Shown: piece after piece, positions 11,775 to 25,899 of the stretch
Layout: each line of letters opens with the position of its first letter
Numbering within the stretch: the stretch's first letter is position 1
DNA from: Octopus sinensis
Lineage: Eukaryota
NCBI RefSeq assembly: GCF_006345805.1
Contig: NC_043010.1
Location: 20,832,001 to 20,896,000, forward strand
Direction: 5' to 3'
DNA: 64,000 bases
Notes under the pieces: generated by a model
The model's input: only the letters and a program-made list of their open reading frames with translations
What the model was told of the DNA's origin: nothing
The model's database searches: none
Translations under genes and position numbers: made by a program

Positions 11775-14700
11775 GTGTGTGTGTGTGTCTGTGTTTGTTT
11801 CGCACCACCGCTTGAAAACTGGTGTTGGTGAGTTTACCTCTCCGTAATCTAGCGGTTCAGCAAAAAGAGAATGATAGAATAAGTACCCGGCTTCAAAAAC
11901 AAGTCCAGGGTTGGTTTATTCGATGAAAATCCCTCAAGGCGGTGCCCCAGCATGGCAGCAGTCAAATAACTGAAACAAGAGAAAGGATAAAACATAGATA
12001 CCAACCAGTGACACTTCCTTGCTTATCAAAAGGACCAGATGTTGGCAAGAATCCGATAGAAATACATTTATAGATTCTGTTTGTGTAAATGGATTATTTA
12101 AAACAGGAATCACAGTTTCTGTGATCTTTCCAGGATCTGCTTGCCTGGTGAGTAGACATGAGAAAGTTAACCTTAATACCGGTGACTCGTCCCTAAAATA
12201 TCCAAGGATCAAATACTTGGGTGAAACCGGAAGCTACATTAAGTCTAATATTCTTTTATACATTAAAGGCTAACCCTTTGAGCCATGTATACTTCTTCTA
12301 TCGTCTCCCTGCTTTCCTTTTTCAGGTTGCTGTTTATTTTGTATGTAGGCTTCAACGTATCTAACAAAACAACGTGTTTTGTTGATCTTTTATCTTGAAG
12401 AAGAAAAATATCACTTATTGATATATGTCTTATATCGTGTAGCCATATATTGTTTAAATATGACATATATTACTTATAGATATCTACCATAAATATCATG
12501 TCTTATAGATAGTAAAATAGTATCTTATTGAAGGTATGTGGCTTTAAAGACATGATTATTATATTTTCTCAAATTTGATGGGAGCAATTTTTCGTTTTGT
12601 GAGGGGAAAAATTGGGCCATGTTTGCAACATGAAACTTCATTTAGAAACGTTCGATTTTCTTCATCTCTTTGTTCCCATGGTTGTAGATGATTCAACATT
12701 CCTTTTGTCCAGAGAAACATGAGATATTTTCTTTTAATATTTTCCCCGTTTCAGCCACATTTATGGTTTCGTTATCTAACTTGAAATGTGTGGATATCAG
12801 CCAGCATCATTAGGCTTTGTTTGAATGCTTTGCAACTTTTCTCAAATGTATTTATTCTCCAATCCCCCTCATTTCTCTACTGATTTAATGTCCTGTGTTT
12901 CTTAAACGTCTTAACTTTGCTACCATGAATCAATTTTTCAGTGGTGTTTTCTGAATTTTTGTTTTGAATCCTTCAAATTGTTACAATATCCTTCTTCTTT
13001 TCGATTATTTCCAATTACATGTTTTTGTTTCACAATGGCTCCTTTGTTTGCTTTCAAGGTTTTTCTATGATGTCATCACAGTCAGCGTTGGCTTCATTTT
13101 TGTTTGTTTCAAATCCAAGAGATAACAATTTTTGTCTCCCTTCCGCGTTTCCATACAAATGCCAAAATACAAAAAACAAAAACAAGTTACAGTCTTCATT
13201 CCTAACGACTGTTGAACATATTTCACGCCTTACAAACTTTATTTTAGTTCCTACACACAAGCTACAGTGTACAAAAGTTAGCATATACTACTATATATAT
13301 TTCTTTACTACCCACAAGGGGCTAAACACAGAGAGGACAAACAAGGACAGACAAACGGATTAGGTCGATTATATCGACACCAGTGCGTAACTGGTACTTA
13401 TTTAATCGACCCCGAAAGGATGAAAGGCAAAGTCGATCTCGGCGAAATTTGAACTCACAATGTAACGACAGACGAAATACCGCTAAGTATTTCACCAGGT
13501 GTGCTAACGTTTCTGCCACCTTAACATATATTACTATATCGATATAATTTATGGCTCATGCAATTATTTCTGACGAACACTTCACTCTAACAGAGTGCTT
13601 GTAGTTTATATATTATAGCTTTGTCGAGGTGTTGGCAGGCTGCGGCATCAGATATCCTGAGTTTATTATGGTGTTTCGTCGATACTGTTATTACAGCTAG
13701 TTAATGAAAATGTGTTTCTTGGCTGCATGAAGAAGTAACTGAATGACATCCGCGAACATTTAACAGAAAAAACTTATTGTCGAACATAAAGATAAATTGC
13801 GTTTCCCTTTTACAGTTAACAACAATCATGATTATATACTGGAAGAGACATACTGCACTGAGATTTGCTCAACATATCTGAAAACAATTGTGCCACATTC
13901 GTGGTAACGGAAGTTACTGGTTATCTATCTGCATCATCTGTCTTAGCCGTCTTCATGAGTCGTCTGTCTGGGCTGTCTGTTGGCAAGAGAGGGGACGCAT
14001 ATCACTCATTCGTCTTTCGACACTCTGCAAAAAGTTTAACGCAAAAGCAGCTTTTTACAGGGTACAAAATGGAGATTCTAGAAAACTGAATCAAGCTACG
14101 GCTGGTTTGTTGCTTAACGGGTTGATCACGTGAAACTATTGTGGTTCGGTCGTGATGTCTGACAGGTTACCTCACGGTAGGTTTCAAATCATCGCAACAG
14201 CTCATGCATTTTTATAATACATTCTTTACTAAACTGAATTTTATGTCTTTATATTTCTGTTTAATTTCTTTTACAATACATTTTCGAAGTTTGTATTCCT
14301 TTAGAACATTTTCTGTCATTCACATTTAGCTGTGCTAGATTGTTTGGCCTTTGTTTGCTCTGTTCTAGTGTGAAATCCGCCCTGTTGTGTTTGTGGTGAG
14401 ACGCAGAAGGGGAATGTGACTAATGGAGGGAAATAAGAGGAAGAAGCAACTATTGATCGATTAATGTTGTAGGAAGAAGCACATTGAAACATGCAGACCC
14501 GGTATGGTTTGCTTAGAAGATAGCTAGAGTTGCTAAAGTCGCCTAAAAGCCAGGAACCGTGGGACGTTTAGGTTTGCTGTCGAAGGACAGATGCAGAATT
14601 TCGCACAGTTTCACCCTGCTTAGTTTCATGGGGGAAGGCTTGGATTTCTTTGAAATTATGTTAGATAGTGCAGTGTGATCGAATTTGGGACCACGTGACT

Positions 14701-15924
14701 GAGAAAGGAACTTCTTAAACACACAGCCATGGTTATATCCAGATTGTGTGATGGACTGAGATGTGATCCGGGATCCATAGAAATTGACGGTAATTTATAT
14801 CGGCAAATGTTAATCCATAAAACTTTGTGGATAAAAATTAAATTACAGTGTGATAATTCATTGTGAGGAGCAAACAAACCAAACGTTTCGGATAACCGTT
14901 CTACTTCATATATCGAAAAGAGTGAATTTTTTCTCCTCGCAGCAAATAAGTCTGCCGCAGTAATTTTTTTTAATGTTTTTGTATCTTCGATTATTACTTT
15001 CCTTTAAATACCCTCCTTAATTTTATACAATTTATATTAAATGCTTTTCTGCTCCAGATTTATTAAGTCATGTTCTCCGAGGTGTTTTAATTTGTTTACG
15101 GTCTAATTACAGGAGGAAAAATTAAACCGCAAACATTTATGGGAAGCTTCAAGACTGGGGATGATGGGAAGGGATGAGAACACCCTACAAGGGTTACTGT
15201 CGTAGAAATTAGCGTATCAAGTTATCAGGATATCTTCAGTCTGAAAACCTGATACCAATACTTGCGATTTTAGTGGGGTCTCTTAACGGTATTCGGGTAG
15301 CATGCAGTGAAGGAACTAAAACCTAGCAACTAAATTCATCTCTGCTTGTCACAATGTGTTGGAGAGTCACGCTTTAAAACGACCTTAGCTATGGAACAAA
15401 ATCAAAAACAGTCATCCAACTGTTGTGTGCATGCGTGACTCTGTGTGTGTGTGCACGCGCGCACGGTACGAATGCTACTCATCTTTTAATTTTTACTTGA
15501 TTTAGTCATTTGATTGCGGCCATGCTGGGGTACAACTTAGAAGGGTTTCAGTCAAACGAATCGACGCCAGTACTTAATTCTTAAGCCTGTACTTATTCTA
15601 TCGATTCCTTATAAAATCTTTCTCCTGTTCTATAAATGGGTTTCAAATTTTAGCACAAGGCCAGAAAATTTTGATGAGGGTCTAAGTCGATTACATCGAC
15701 CTCAGTGTGTAACTGGTATTTATTTTAAGGATGAAAGGCAAGGTCGACCTCGGCGGAATTTGAACTCAGAACATAAAGACGTGAGAAAGACTGCTAAGCA
15801 TTTTACTCCTCGTACCAACGATTCTGCCAGCTCACCACCTTTTCTTATTCTAAAACTTGGAAATAGAATTATACTATCAAATGTAGGGCATCAAAGCATT
15901 TAGAAAAGTTATATATGTATATCT

Positions 15925-16154
15925 ATTTCTTTATTGCCCACAGGGGGCTAAACACAGAGGGGACAAACAAGGACGGACAAAAGGCTTAAGTCGGTTACAT
16001 CGACCCCAGTGCGTAACTGGTACTTAATTTATCGACCCCGAAAGGATGAAAGGCAAAGTCGACCTCGGCGGAATTTGAACTCAGAACGTAACGGCAGCCG
16101 AAATACGGCTAAGCATTTCGCCCGACGTGCTAACGATTCTGCCAGCTCGCCGCC
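15925..16154 (-). mobile_element. Same SINE family
   Basis: Reverse-complement match. Further copies near 4930-5418, 5720-5900, 13300-13522, 15645-15840, 42640-42845, 54565-54755 and 63170-63385. Confidence 0.88.
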
Positions 16155-17678
16155 CTATATGAATATCATGCAGCTGTTCAGACAACGTCGATTTGATGAA
16201 GGGAATGAGTTAATATCCGGCACATGCATTTGTTCACCTTAACAAATCCCCTGTGCCGGCTGTTTAGCAAGAAATTGCGGAACCATCTCTCACGAACTAC
16301 GAGAGACTACTATCATCTTACAACTGGATGGTCAAGCCTGGAATGCATTTCATAAGATATCCATAAAGTTACGACTGGCCTAATTACAACAACTAGAGAT
16401 GCCCCACCCCCAACAAAGTGACCTCTATGTGGTTACTCGCTCTGCTAGAAATAACAACCAAATTTTTCTTAAATCGCGGTCTTATCTAAAACTATCCAAG
16501 AAAAGAGGGGTTAGTCATGGATGGAACGCATTTGAATATATGTCTGATCTGTCATGGCCGATCATTTTGATGTTTTAACACTCCACTCTGTTGTCAATAT
16601 TTTACTGAGTCTAAAGTGTCTACGTTCTCTGATCCACGAAACATAGAAACGACCATGCTCTGAGGATGTCAAATACGACTGCAACCCGGATAGAATTGTC
16701 CTCCATATGCATCAAAGATCTATTAATTTGCTATTAGTCCTCCCCCACCTCATTTCATGAATATTTGTAATTCTAATTCATTAAAATTAGAGAACCGTTA
16801 CTGCTCTTCTATCTTCCTCATTTTTTTAAATTAACGCGTTCGGCTAACGTTTTCATTTCCCCATTTTTTGTCGTGTTTTTTATTTTTTCATTTTTCTTAG
16901 CTGTTAGTCAAAGAATAAAGAGCAGCATTTCTAGCCATTTATTTTTTCGAAAGCTTTAAGACTGGAAAAAGAAAATATTACCTTAAAGTTGTACCTAAAA
17001 ATTTAAAATACGAAAATACCGAGGATAAAAATATCGCAAAACGCTTGTTGCTCCGCACTAATTCTTTTAGTACCTTCTTGAGTCTGAAACGCGAAAGTCC
17101 TCGGAGGGATTTGAAGTTATTGGACAAAGAAACGGGACATTTACCGAAAAGTACCACCCGGCTCTGGTGCATTATTACATCTGCGATAAAAGGGTAAAAA
17201 ACAAAGGTGGCCTCGGTAGGATTCGAAATTAAGTTGCAGAAACATTACCGCAAAGCACGTTGTCTTAAGCTTTAATGACTCAGATAATTCCTCTTACTGA
17301 AGGAATAATTCTAACTTTGGTATTCCGGAATTACCTCTCCTAAGTAAAATTGATCGAATTTACGCAGCGAGTCACTTATTTGCCTCTAAGAAAATCAAGA
17401 ATGCAACATAAGTATAAGTTACTATACATGAGGTAATAATCTGAAAGGCAATGGAATATAACTTTACCTCCGACCAAAACAATGGCAATTTCGTAGCAGT
17501 TCCACCTACCTGTTCAGAAATTATTGGGAAGCCATGATTAAAGTTATCTCGAGCAATTTGATTACAATAAAACGCATTAAGGCTTTCTTGCTGTCTGATA
17601 TCAACATCTGCTGAATTTGTCTAAAAGTGGGTAACCGTCCACCTTGGATTGTTAATTTCTTTGAGCCTAATTTCTATA

Positions 17679-17912
17679 CCTGTTTCTTTATTACCCACAA
17701 GGGGCTAAACAAAGAGGGGACAAACAAGGACAGACAAACGGATTAAGTCGATTACATCGACCCCAGTGCGTAACTGGTACTTAATTTATCGACCCCGAAA
17801 GGATGAAAAGCAAAGTCGACCTCGGCGGAATTTGAACCCAAAACGTAACGGCAGACGAAATACGGCTACGCATTTCGCCCGGCGTGCTAACGTTTCGGCC
17901 AGCTCGCCGCCT
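17679..17912 (-). mobile_element. Same SINE family, with target-site duplication
   Basis: Reverse complement of the 59055 element; CTAATTTCTATA on both sides. Confidence 0.9.
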
Positions 17913-18888
17913 TCTAATTTCTATATCATTGAGCAGTTTCTTCAAGTGCTCAATCAAACCCTAAAATACCATTCTCTTGCAGATCGTCCTCAATAGTAGC
18001 AAGAACTGAAACTGCATCATCTTACGCCCAATATTTATTCTAAATAAAGTTTTCCAAACAGAACATTAGGAGGCTCTTTGAAAATTAAAGGATTTGTATT
18101 TCTACCTTGTAGCTGTATGTTTAGCAAATTTAGTTTATCAAATATATCTGTAAGGTAAAAAACGTCCCATTTGCTTGCTAGGAGTATCTTTTTTTACTCA
18201 GCTATTTACTATTCAGAAACATTACAACACTGTCTCAAAGTCCAACAAAACGACGCAGGCAATTACCTTTAGAGATTGTTATCGGTTTTATGAACTTCAA
18301 AGCAGTAACATAATACTTAATCCATCCAAGACTTTCCAATGCCAATTTGAAACATGATTGATCAATAATGAATTATTATCGAAGTATTAAATAAACCCTT
18401 TTTTCCTTTCACGACAGATTTTCAATTGCAGAAAGTAAATTGTCTGTATGTGCGTGTGTATATATTTTAGTATATAAATTTCGAAGTGTTACAGACAGTA
18501 ACAGAAATATTTTAGGTGAAACCAGATTGGTAGTTGTGCGGTTCTTTTCATTTGTCTGTGACACCATCTACTTCCAAAGCTTTTCTATGGACCGACTGAA
18601 CTTTAGGGTCATATGATCCCAGTTCGGCAAACAACACTGTTTTAAGATGGACTTTTAGAACTTCCTTCTTCAATTTGTCTTTTCTTTATCTGAGACGATA
18701 AGGTCAAACTTGAGGTAGAGTTGGCTCATATTTCTTGTTGGTCCAACGACCAAGTTGAAAGGAAGGGGTTCGAGGATATTCTTCCTGGAATACAATATAG
18801 ACGTATAAAAAAAGGTCTTTTATTATTCCTCGCCACTAATACTCTCCCCGATGCTGTGGTAAAAGTTGGTTCATGGATTATTACATAC

Positions 18889-19041
18889 GTTTAATGGTTT
18901 TATTTTTGTACACATGTGTTGCCTTCCAAATGGTTTCTAATATTTTCATTGGCGCTACTGTCTACGATAAATGACTTTTGTTCGTTATTAAAGATTGTAA
19001 CATATTTTAATTGCTTCTTTTTGTTTTGTTTCTGTTGACAG
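18889..19041 (+). promoter_or_regulatory. Conserved acceptor-proximal intronic block and 3' splice site, copy 2
   Basis: 153 nt with 4 differences from 1050-1202 by my alignment. Confidence 0.85.
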
Positions 19042-20217
19042 ATTTTTGGCATGATAACAGTTATGTTTATTATACTGTCCGTAATGTCTTTCATCGTAGC
19101 TACTCATCCTGCCGGCCGAATAGAAGGGGATCGTGACATTTTGGGACGATTACACAGAAACAGAACGAAATTAAGTGTGCCTCATCCTGCATTGGTCACA
19201 ATCGATTTTATTTGTCTCGCATTCTTCACATTTGATTTAATCACAAGGTTCATCACTTGTCCAGAATGGAAAAAATTCGTTCGGGATACTTTGAATATTG
19301 TGGATTTCATTGCGATTCTTCCTGATTATATCGACATTATTGTTGTCTACACAGTTGAGGCAAATGTTGCATTGGAAACCATGCACTACGTGAATTTTTT
19401 AAGAATCTTTCGTGCCCTCAGGATTTTCCGCTTGGTCCGTTATGTTCCAGGCTTGTGGATCATGCTGTACACATTCAAAGCCAGTTTCTGGGACTTGTTG
19501 TTGATGATTTGTTTTATGAATGTCGGTATGATTATGTTTGCCACTTTCATCTATTACGCTGAGGAGGAAAATTTCCCCAATATTTTCATTGGTATGTGGT
19601 GGGCACTGATCACTATGACTACGGTTGGTTATGGAGATATGTCTCCATCAAGTAACTTAGGGTACCTTGTTGGCTCGTTATGTGCTGTCACTGGTTTGTT
19701 AATGGTCGGTTTCACTGTTCCTATAATCGTCAGTAATTTTGTCATGTACTACAAACATATGCAATCCATGCAAGAAGCAGGGAAACGTGAGGAAAAAGCT
19801 CAGAAAGATTTGGATCTGCTGCAAAAGTTGATAGAAAGTGAAGAAACAAGTGAACTAACAACCGAAGACATGGGACCTGAGACTTCGTCGGAAAAGCGTT
19901 CTAATGAATCAGAAGAAAAACGTAAACAACATCTGAATTCGTCAAAATTTCCTCCGCCATCTTACGACAGTTTGCCATCTCGCACTAATCACCGGCGCTT
20001 GCGTGTAGGAATAGCTCGAAATTACATGCTTACCAATAATAATAAGCAGACGACAAATGGATCACATGTATTAAAGAAACCTCCTAAAGAAACTGGGAAT
20101 TCAGTACCAAGCAAAAATAATCGGGATAATTCAGACGTTCATCAGCATATGAATGATGAAAACTCAAATATCAACTGTGGACCAGAGATAAACGATCTTG
20201 AAACATCTATGTTATAA
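19042..20217 (+). CDS. Shaw/Kv3-related K+ channel terminal coding exon, copy 2
   Basis: Acceptor AG at 19040-19041; ATT TTT GGC precedes the ATG at 19051 in frame. S4 LRIFRALRIFRLVRY, TTVGYGD, FTVPIIVSNF. Longest intact C-tail of the four. Confidence 0.95.
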   Translation: MFGMITVMFIILSVMSFIVATHPAGRIEGDRDILGRLHRNRTKLSVPHPALVTIDFICLAFFTFDLITRFITCPEWKKFVRDTLNIVDFIAILPDYIDIIVVYTVEANVALETMHYVNFLRIFRALRIFRLVRYVPGLWIMLYTFKASFWDLLLMICFMNVGMIMFATFIYYAEEENFPNIFIGMWWALITMTTVGYGDMSPSSNLGYLVGSLCAVTGLLMVGFTVPIIVSNFVMYYKHMQSMQEAGKREEKAQKDLDLLQKLIESEETSELTTEDMGPETSSEKRSNESEEKRKQHLNSSKFPPPSYDSLPSRTNHRRLRVGIARNYMLTNNNKQTTNGSHVLKKPPKETGNSVPSKNNRDNSDVHQHMNDENSNINCGPEINDLETSML

Positions 20218-20659
20218 AGACATTGGTATTGCCGGGCGACAATCGGGTGAAAGCCGCCGCCATTGTATATCATTAACTTCCACTATTCAAATGTTGCTGT
20301 GATTTTGCTTATTTTAATATTTCTAATGTTGATACCCTTAATACCTGCAGTCAGTACGAGTCGTTGATTCTTATAAATTACATATCACCACGCCGTCTAT
20401 AAAAGAAGGCACCAGAAATTACTATGATAATGTTGCTGCTGCTGATGATAATACTAATATTAAAAGTAATAAATTAATAAGTAAAATAATAATGATTTTT
20501 TTATTTGCCAACATGGTGACAGACGAAGAGACAACTGAGAGAGACAGAGCGAAATGTGGAGTTTTATATAGAAAAATCGAATGCGAACAAAGATGATGTA
20601 AGATAGTATATAAATTGTATACTATTATTTTATAATGATGATGATGATGATGATGATGG

Positions 20660-22250
20660 TGCCGCCTTCCTGGTGCAAAAGATCGTGAATCTAGGACCGA
20701 TCGAATGAATAATTCCACAAGATCATTCTGGAGAACAAGGGCAAGCGTCCATCCTTCAGATGTATATTCAGAGTAATCACATCTACTCCTACCATTTTCC
20801 TAACTCTCGCTTATCTTGAAGGCGGTGCCACCACTTTAAACCCTACTCCCATTTTTCAAGTGAAAGTTGGAAATGTCTATGAGAACTCGGCCAATAGTCG
20901 TATGTGCCCTACGTGCGACAGCTGCTGTTTGATATAACTCTGCCAAAAATCATCTAAAGGTTGCTTGAGTGGAAATTTCGCGATACGAAAACAGTTTCCA
21001 CGAGTGATCATTTATGAGAATATGTTGCTGTACATTGCAATGAGCAAGCCTATGAAATGAGTTCGTTTCCTGGTTAACTTTATCGAAATCTTTCAAGCGA
21101 TCCAACTTGGTACGGGTCCCACAGAACTCAACCTTGTCAGTGATGTTTTACTGGGGTGGGAATTGATGCATACAGTCTTAAGTTCTTTAAGTTTGCGTTT
21201 ATCACTGTAATGGACCAAGTGTTGTCTACAACATATCTCTTGTTGGTATCCTTTTTTCAGCTGTATTACTACACTTCAGTTCACAGCACTTGGAATTCTC
21301 TTATTCCGCAGTCAGTTGCGGTAGACATCTTCCAATAGGCTACCCAGAAATCTAGCATGTATTTTTTAATATCAGGTTAGATCTTCCAAACCAGGATATT
21401 CGCTCCTCGTGCAACTCCTTCCTGTCTCCCGTATTTCAGTCGATATTATCATCTTCTGCCATTGATCGCAATAGGCCGACGAGGTAGGCAGTAAACTCCA
21501 CTACCGTTTACAATTCATTGTCCACCTCTAAGTGTCGGACCAATTAGTGTTAGAAAGCCATACACATCTGTTCAGAACCGAGTATCTTGCGCCCGTCTAT
21601 GTTCATCAAATACTAGATTGGGATTTGGTTGCTATGTCATTCTTCGCCCACTCCGGCCTATTGGAAAGCTTTTTGTTCCCCACAATTGTTTAGTGCACGA
21701 GCATTAGCTCTGGCAACATAACATTTGTGTTTTGTGCTAAAAGCTATTCTCGCCGCTAGTCTGTTGGTCGTGTAGCTTCTCAAACAACCTCTCTATTAAT
21801 AACTCTTCAATAAACGCTACCGAGCCTCTCTATTCACCCTCCTCGGGATCATCATCGCTGGTTGTTGACAATTCCTTTCGACAACTGTTCCCTAGTTTGC
21901 TAATCCGATCCTGTTGCCTTTCCAGTAACTGAATTTCTATCAACGGGCCCTATCTATATCGATCGTGTAGACCTCAAATCTCTGCTATTCTTATCTGCTG
22001 GTCAGACAAAGACTCTTTTTTAGACGCGGGTCCAAGACAATTTCCAGTCCATTGAGGTCTAAAGGTTTCACGAATAATACATCGACCCTTCTTCAGATCC
22101 TTAGAGATCATGGAATGAGTATACCTTTTAGTCGATTACATTTGCTCCAGAGATTCTGGTCTCTCTAATAGCCATCACATCTATATCCAGTGACCTGAAC
22201 TCGTCGAACAAGTTGAACCCAGTCAGCACACATTTATCTGAGTGAAGAAA
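20660..22250 (-). mobile_element. Degenerate APE-type LINE (L1/Tx1-like) remnant
   Basis: Minus strand near 22190 reads LDIDVMAIRETR, resembling the APE endonuclease DI..LQET motif; the remainder is heavily disrupted. Confidence 0.4.
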
Positions 22251-23569
22251 TTTTGATTAAAGAAAAAAAAACTGAGAAGGTCACTCATTAAGTCCTCGAA
22301 AGACCTGTTGACCTGGTTACCTCGTTTGATAAGTAGGAGATATCAAAGGAGACTTTAAAAATCCTTTTGCTGTGCTTCTTTCTAAAAAGGCAAACATCAA
22401 AGAGATTATTTTCCTTCGACTGTCTATATGTTTGGAAATTCATTTCCACCTATAATCTCTCTTTACAATCTCCTTCGTCAATTTAGTATTTGTTGTTTAT
22501 TTTTCTTGACCTTTTTTATCGATTTTGTTTTTTGCTTCCTTTCGTTGTGATGGTTATGGTTATCAGTTTTGCTTAAACTGCTGCTTCTATTCTTATTTAT
22601 TTTGCTTCTGCTTTTGCGGCTCTAGTTGAGTTTGTCGTCACTAGTTTGGTTCTTGTAGATGCTGCTTGTTTGTTTGTTTGTCTGTTGAGCGAAGCGGTCT
22701 TCGCACGTAGTGGGAGAAGTCCGATACGTCGTCCTTTGCTATTCGTAAGACCCGCAGAAGAGAAAGCAGGTCAACCCCCAACACCGAGAGAATCGACGGA
22801 TGGATGAATGTGCATCCAGGCTCAGCGGTTGCGTAGGAAGTCGGGGATAAGAAATAGGAAGAAAGAGTGAGAGAAAGTTGGAGCGAAAGAACACAACAGG
22901 AGTCGCCACCACCCCCTACCGGAGCCTCGTGGAGCTTTAGGTGTTTTCGCTCAATAAACACACACAACGCCCGGTCTGGAAATCGAAACCGTGATCCTCT
23001 GACCGCGAGTCTGCTGCCCAAACCTCTGGGCCATTGCGCCTCCACTGTAGATGCTGCTTTTGATGTAGGGTCGGCAGGAGTGTGGGACTGATGCCTACCA
23101 CTACCGACTACTGGGCGCCCTTTCGTATAAGAAGAGGTTAAGTATTTCTTAAATATTTTCATGTTCTCTCTTTATGTTTATCGCCATACCCGGACCCAAT
23201 CAGCCACTGTCTTTGTGTAACCTTTCTATATTCAGGATGCTCCGCACACGTTCATCACACACACGATGATAATTATCGAAAACCAGATGTCTATTTATGG
23301 CGAACATCATTCAGCTTTAACATGACCAGACTTTTCTCCACGCTGGAGGGAATACACAAAGTTTTCTTATTCTTTAAATGTGCAACAATGCGAGTTTGCA
23401 CCTGTTTTACCGAGGCAACGATCACGTCTATCGCGCTGATTTCCTTACCACGATAAGCAAATGTGGGATTTCACGTAAAAAAACCCTGCGATTTTCTTGG
23501 AAAACTCAGAGTAAAGGCTTGGTGTGACTTCCTTGTACTGTAGCAATGGTGTTAATGATGATGATGCCT

Positions 23570-23600
<31 letters not shown>

Positions 23601-24949
23601 GATAATCTTTTCTTTATTTACACTTGAAGGGATACAGGAAACTACAATGTAACAATAAACAGGGAGCTTTACACATGTGGGGTCGGGCGGAGAAGATATA
23701 GGAAGACGAGGAAAGGCGTGTAGGAGTGTACAATATATAACTGGACGAATTCATCATTTATAAACCACAAATTTACATGGAAATAAGTATAAAAAAATTA
23801 TAACACATGCGATAAATAAAACGAGTTTTTTTATAAAAAATTAATTAAAATCTAAATTTGTGTTAACCAAGGTACCCCCACTTCACAGATAACGTCTGCT
23901 GTGTGCTTCCTTATTGGATTGTTCAAAGTAGAAAGAGGAAAATCTTCGGGAAGTAATTGTGTTCATTTTGGCAAGTGAGAAGCCACTTCTTGTGTATTGT
24001 TATAAAATATCATTTCGTAAACTGGGGTTAACTTTGCCTTTCATCCTTCCAGGGTTGATGAAATAAGTACTAGTTGAACTCTGGTCAACCTCCCCTCACC
24101 ACAAATTGCAGGTCTTGTGTCTATTGTCGAACTTTACTCTGTAAAGTCTGAGATTTGAACTATTGTTCTCTGTGTTTATTTCTGTTATTCGGTTTGAAAT
24201 AAAATACTATTTCCTTCTCATTAGCATATCACTCATGGATATTTCAAACATGTCTTATTAGAACATGGAGGCACATGACTTAGTGGTTAGAGCAGCGGAC
24301 TCGCGACCGAGCGATCGCGGGTTCGAATCTCAGACCGGGCGATGTGTATGTTTATGAGCGAAAACACCTAAGCTCCACGCGGCTTCAGCAGAAGGTGATA
24401 GCGAACTTCTGCTGACTCTTTCACCACAACTTTCTCTCACTCTTTCCGCTTGCATCTTGCAGCTCACTTGCGACGGACCGGCGTCCCGTCCAGGTGGGGA
24501 ACCTATACGCCAAGGAAACCGGGAAACCGGCCCTTATGAGCCAGGCATGGCTCGAGAAGAATTAAAAAAACTTAGAACAGTGTTTTATTATTTTCGAGAA
24601 TAGTTATGAATTCTATATCGTTTTAGCTCGCAGTTCACCGGTTCTCTTTCATAAAATATGGTTTCTTTCTTTCTCAGCGGAAAAAAATGTACTTTATGAC
24701 AGAAAGTGTGCATCATCTCGCTATCTTTTAAGAGTATATCCTTGCTTTTTACCCTATCGGGTCGATTTTTGTTTTTGTTATTCCTCCCCTGCCTCATTAG
24801 CCTCTGTTCGATTCTCATCTTCGTTACTCAATGGATTAGTCATAACGTGTGGGGTGCTTTTGGGATTCATGGTTCGCTCCTGGCAACTAGTTTCATTTAG
24901 CACCTCACAAGTTGTGTAAGGTGTCGTCATAGAACAGGCACTCTCCAAA

Positions 24950-25270
24950 ACATGGTTGCTTTGGTTCTTTTGAACTTTCTACACAGAACATATTTAGTTG
25001 GAATTTGCTTCCACATACGTGGCAGCTTTTGATACTCATCTTTAAGGGTTTCCTTTTAGTACTCTCAACAGAAGACAGTTTTGGGATGGGTTTGTGCTCT
25101 TATAGGGTTAAGAGGATATGTTCCTCTTGACTACCTTTCGTCAACCGTTATGTCTGCACTAATCCCTTACTCATATTGTATCCCACACCAAGAATCACTA
25201 AACACGTTCCAACATCATCCCTGATGTTCCTGATGAAACCATGTTTCTGCTTCCCAAATGCTACGCAATT
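24950..25270 (-). mobile_element. Possible piggyBac transposase relic
   Basis: Minus strand IRD..WNVF and DITVDER*SRG resemble the piggyBac TVDE...FRG motif; frames are broken. Confidence 0.4.
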
Positions 25271-25899
25271 AGCTTATGGTCGGGTGTTTCGTGTACTAAT
25301 TGAGGTTGGGATTTGAAGACGTTAGCGGGATTTGAACCCAGAGCGTAAATAACTGAAATAACTACCGCAGATATTTTCTTCAGCCTGCCAACAATTCTAT
25401 CAATCAACCAATGAGAAATAATTTGAAAAATAGAAACATCACTTAACCCACGTTCGCTTTGACACAGCCACGGTGTTTCTTCATATCCCCCAAGGAAAAT
25501 TTGGAAACGGCCCTGGTAGATATTTTAAGCGAAATCTCTATTATTGCGAGAAGCAGAGTATATGACACCACAGTGTCATCTGTTAAACATACAACAGCGT
25601 TAAAAATCAAGCTAAAATTATCAATAAATTAGTCTTGCAATATCTGAGAAGAAGAAACACAAGGCTCACCGTCAAGGACATCGGTGAAGATGTTAATTCC
25701 TGACTGGTAGTCATCTTTGTGGCATTTTGTAGACAGGAAATCAGTGCAGACGCATCTTTTGGTAACAATGTTTTGATAGAGTTGCAATGAAAAATAAAGG
25801 TTATCATAAGCCACAACCTCTTGGTTATGATGTGGGGAAAATATGGAAAAAAAAATAAAACAAGAAATATTTAGGTCAAGTATTTTAATATCATCCTAT

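Noticed and set aside
13800-14200. Possible missing T1 exon in unique-looking stretches (also 28740-29460, 40180-40860 and 58560-60780)
   Set aside because: The frames I read show no T1 motifs and contain stops; some look like decayed transposons. An HMM search is still needed to be definitive.
16009-16242. Repeated 76-77 aa ORF MRNWYLIYRPRKDE... (also 17766 and 51783) as a small gene family
   Set aside because: It is the antisense translation of the SINE.
19051-20217. Treating the Kv ORFs as complete intronless genes starting at the ATG in codon 4
   Set aside because: Copy 1 has ACG at that codon, all four have a strong acceptor exactly 9 nt upstream, and the product would begin inside S1 with no T1. 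Not formally excluded, but splicing is the simpler reading.
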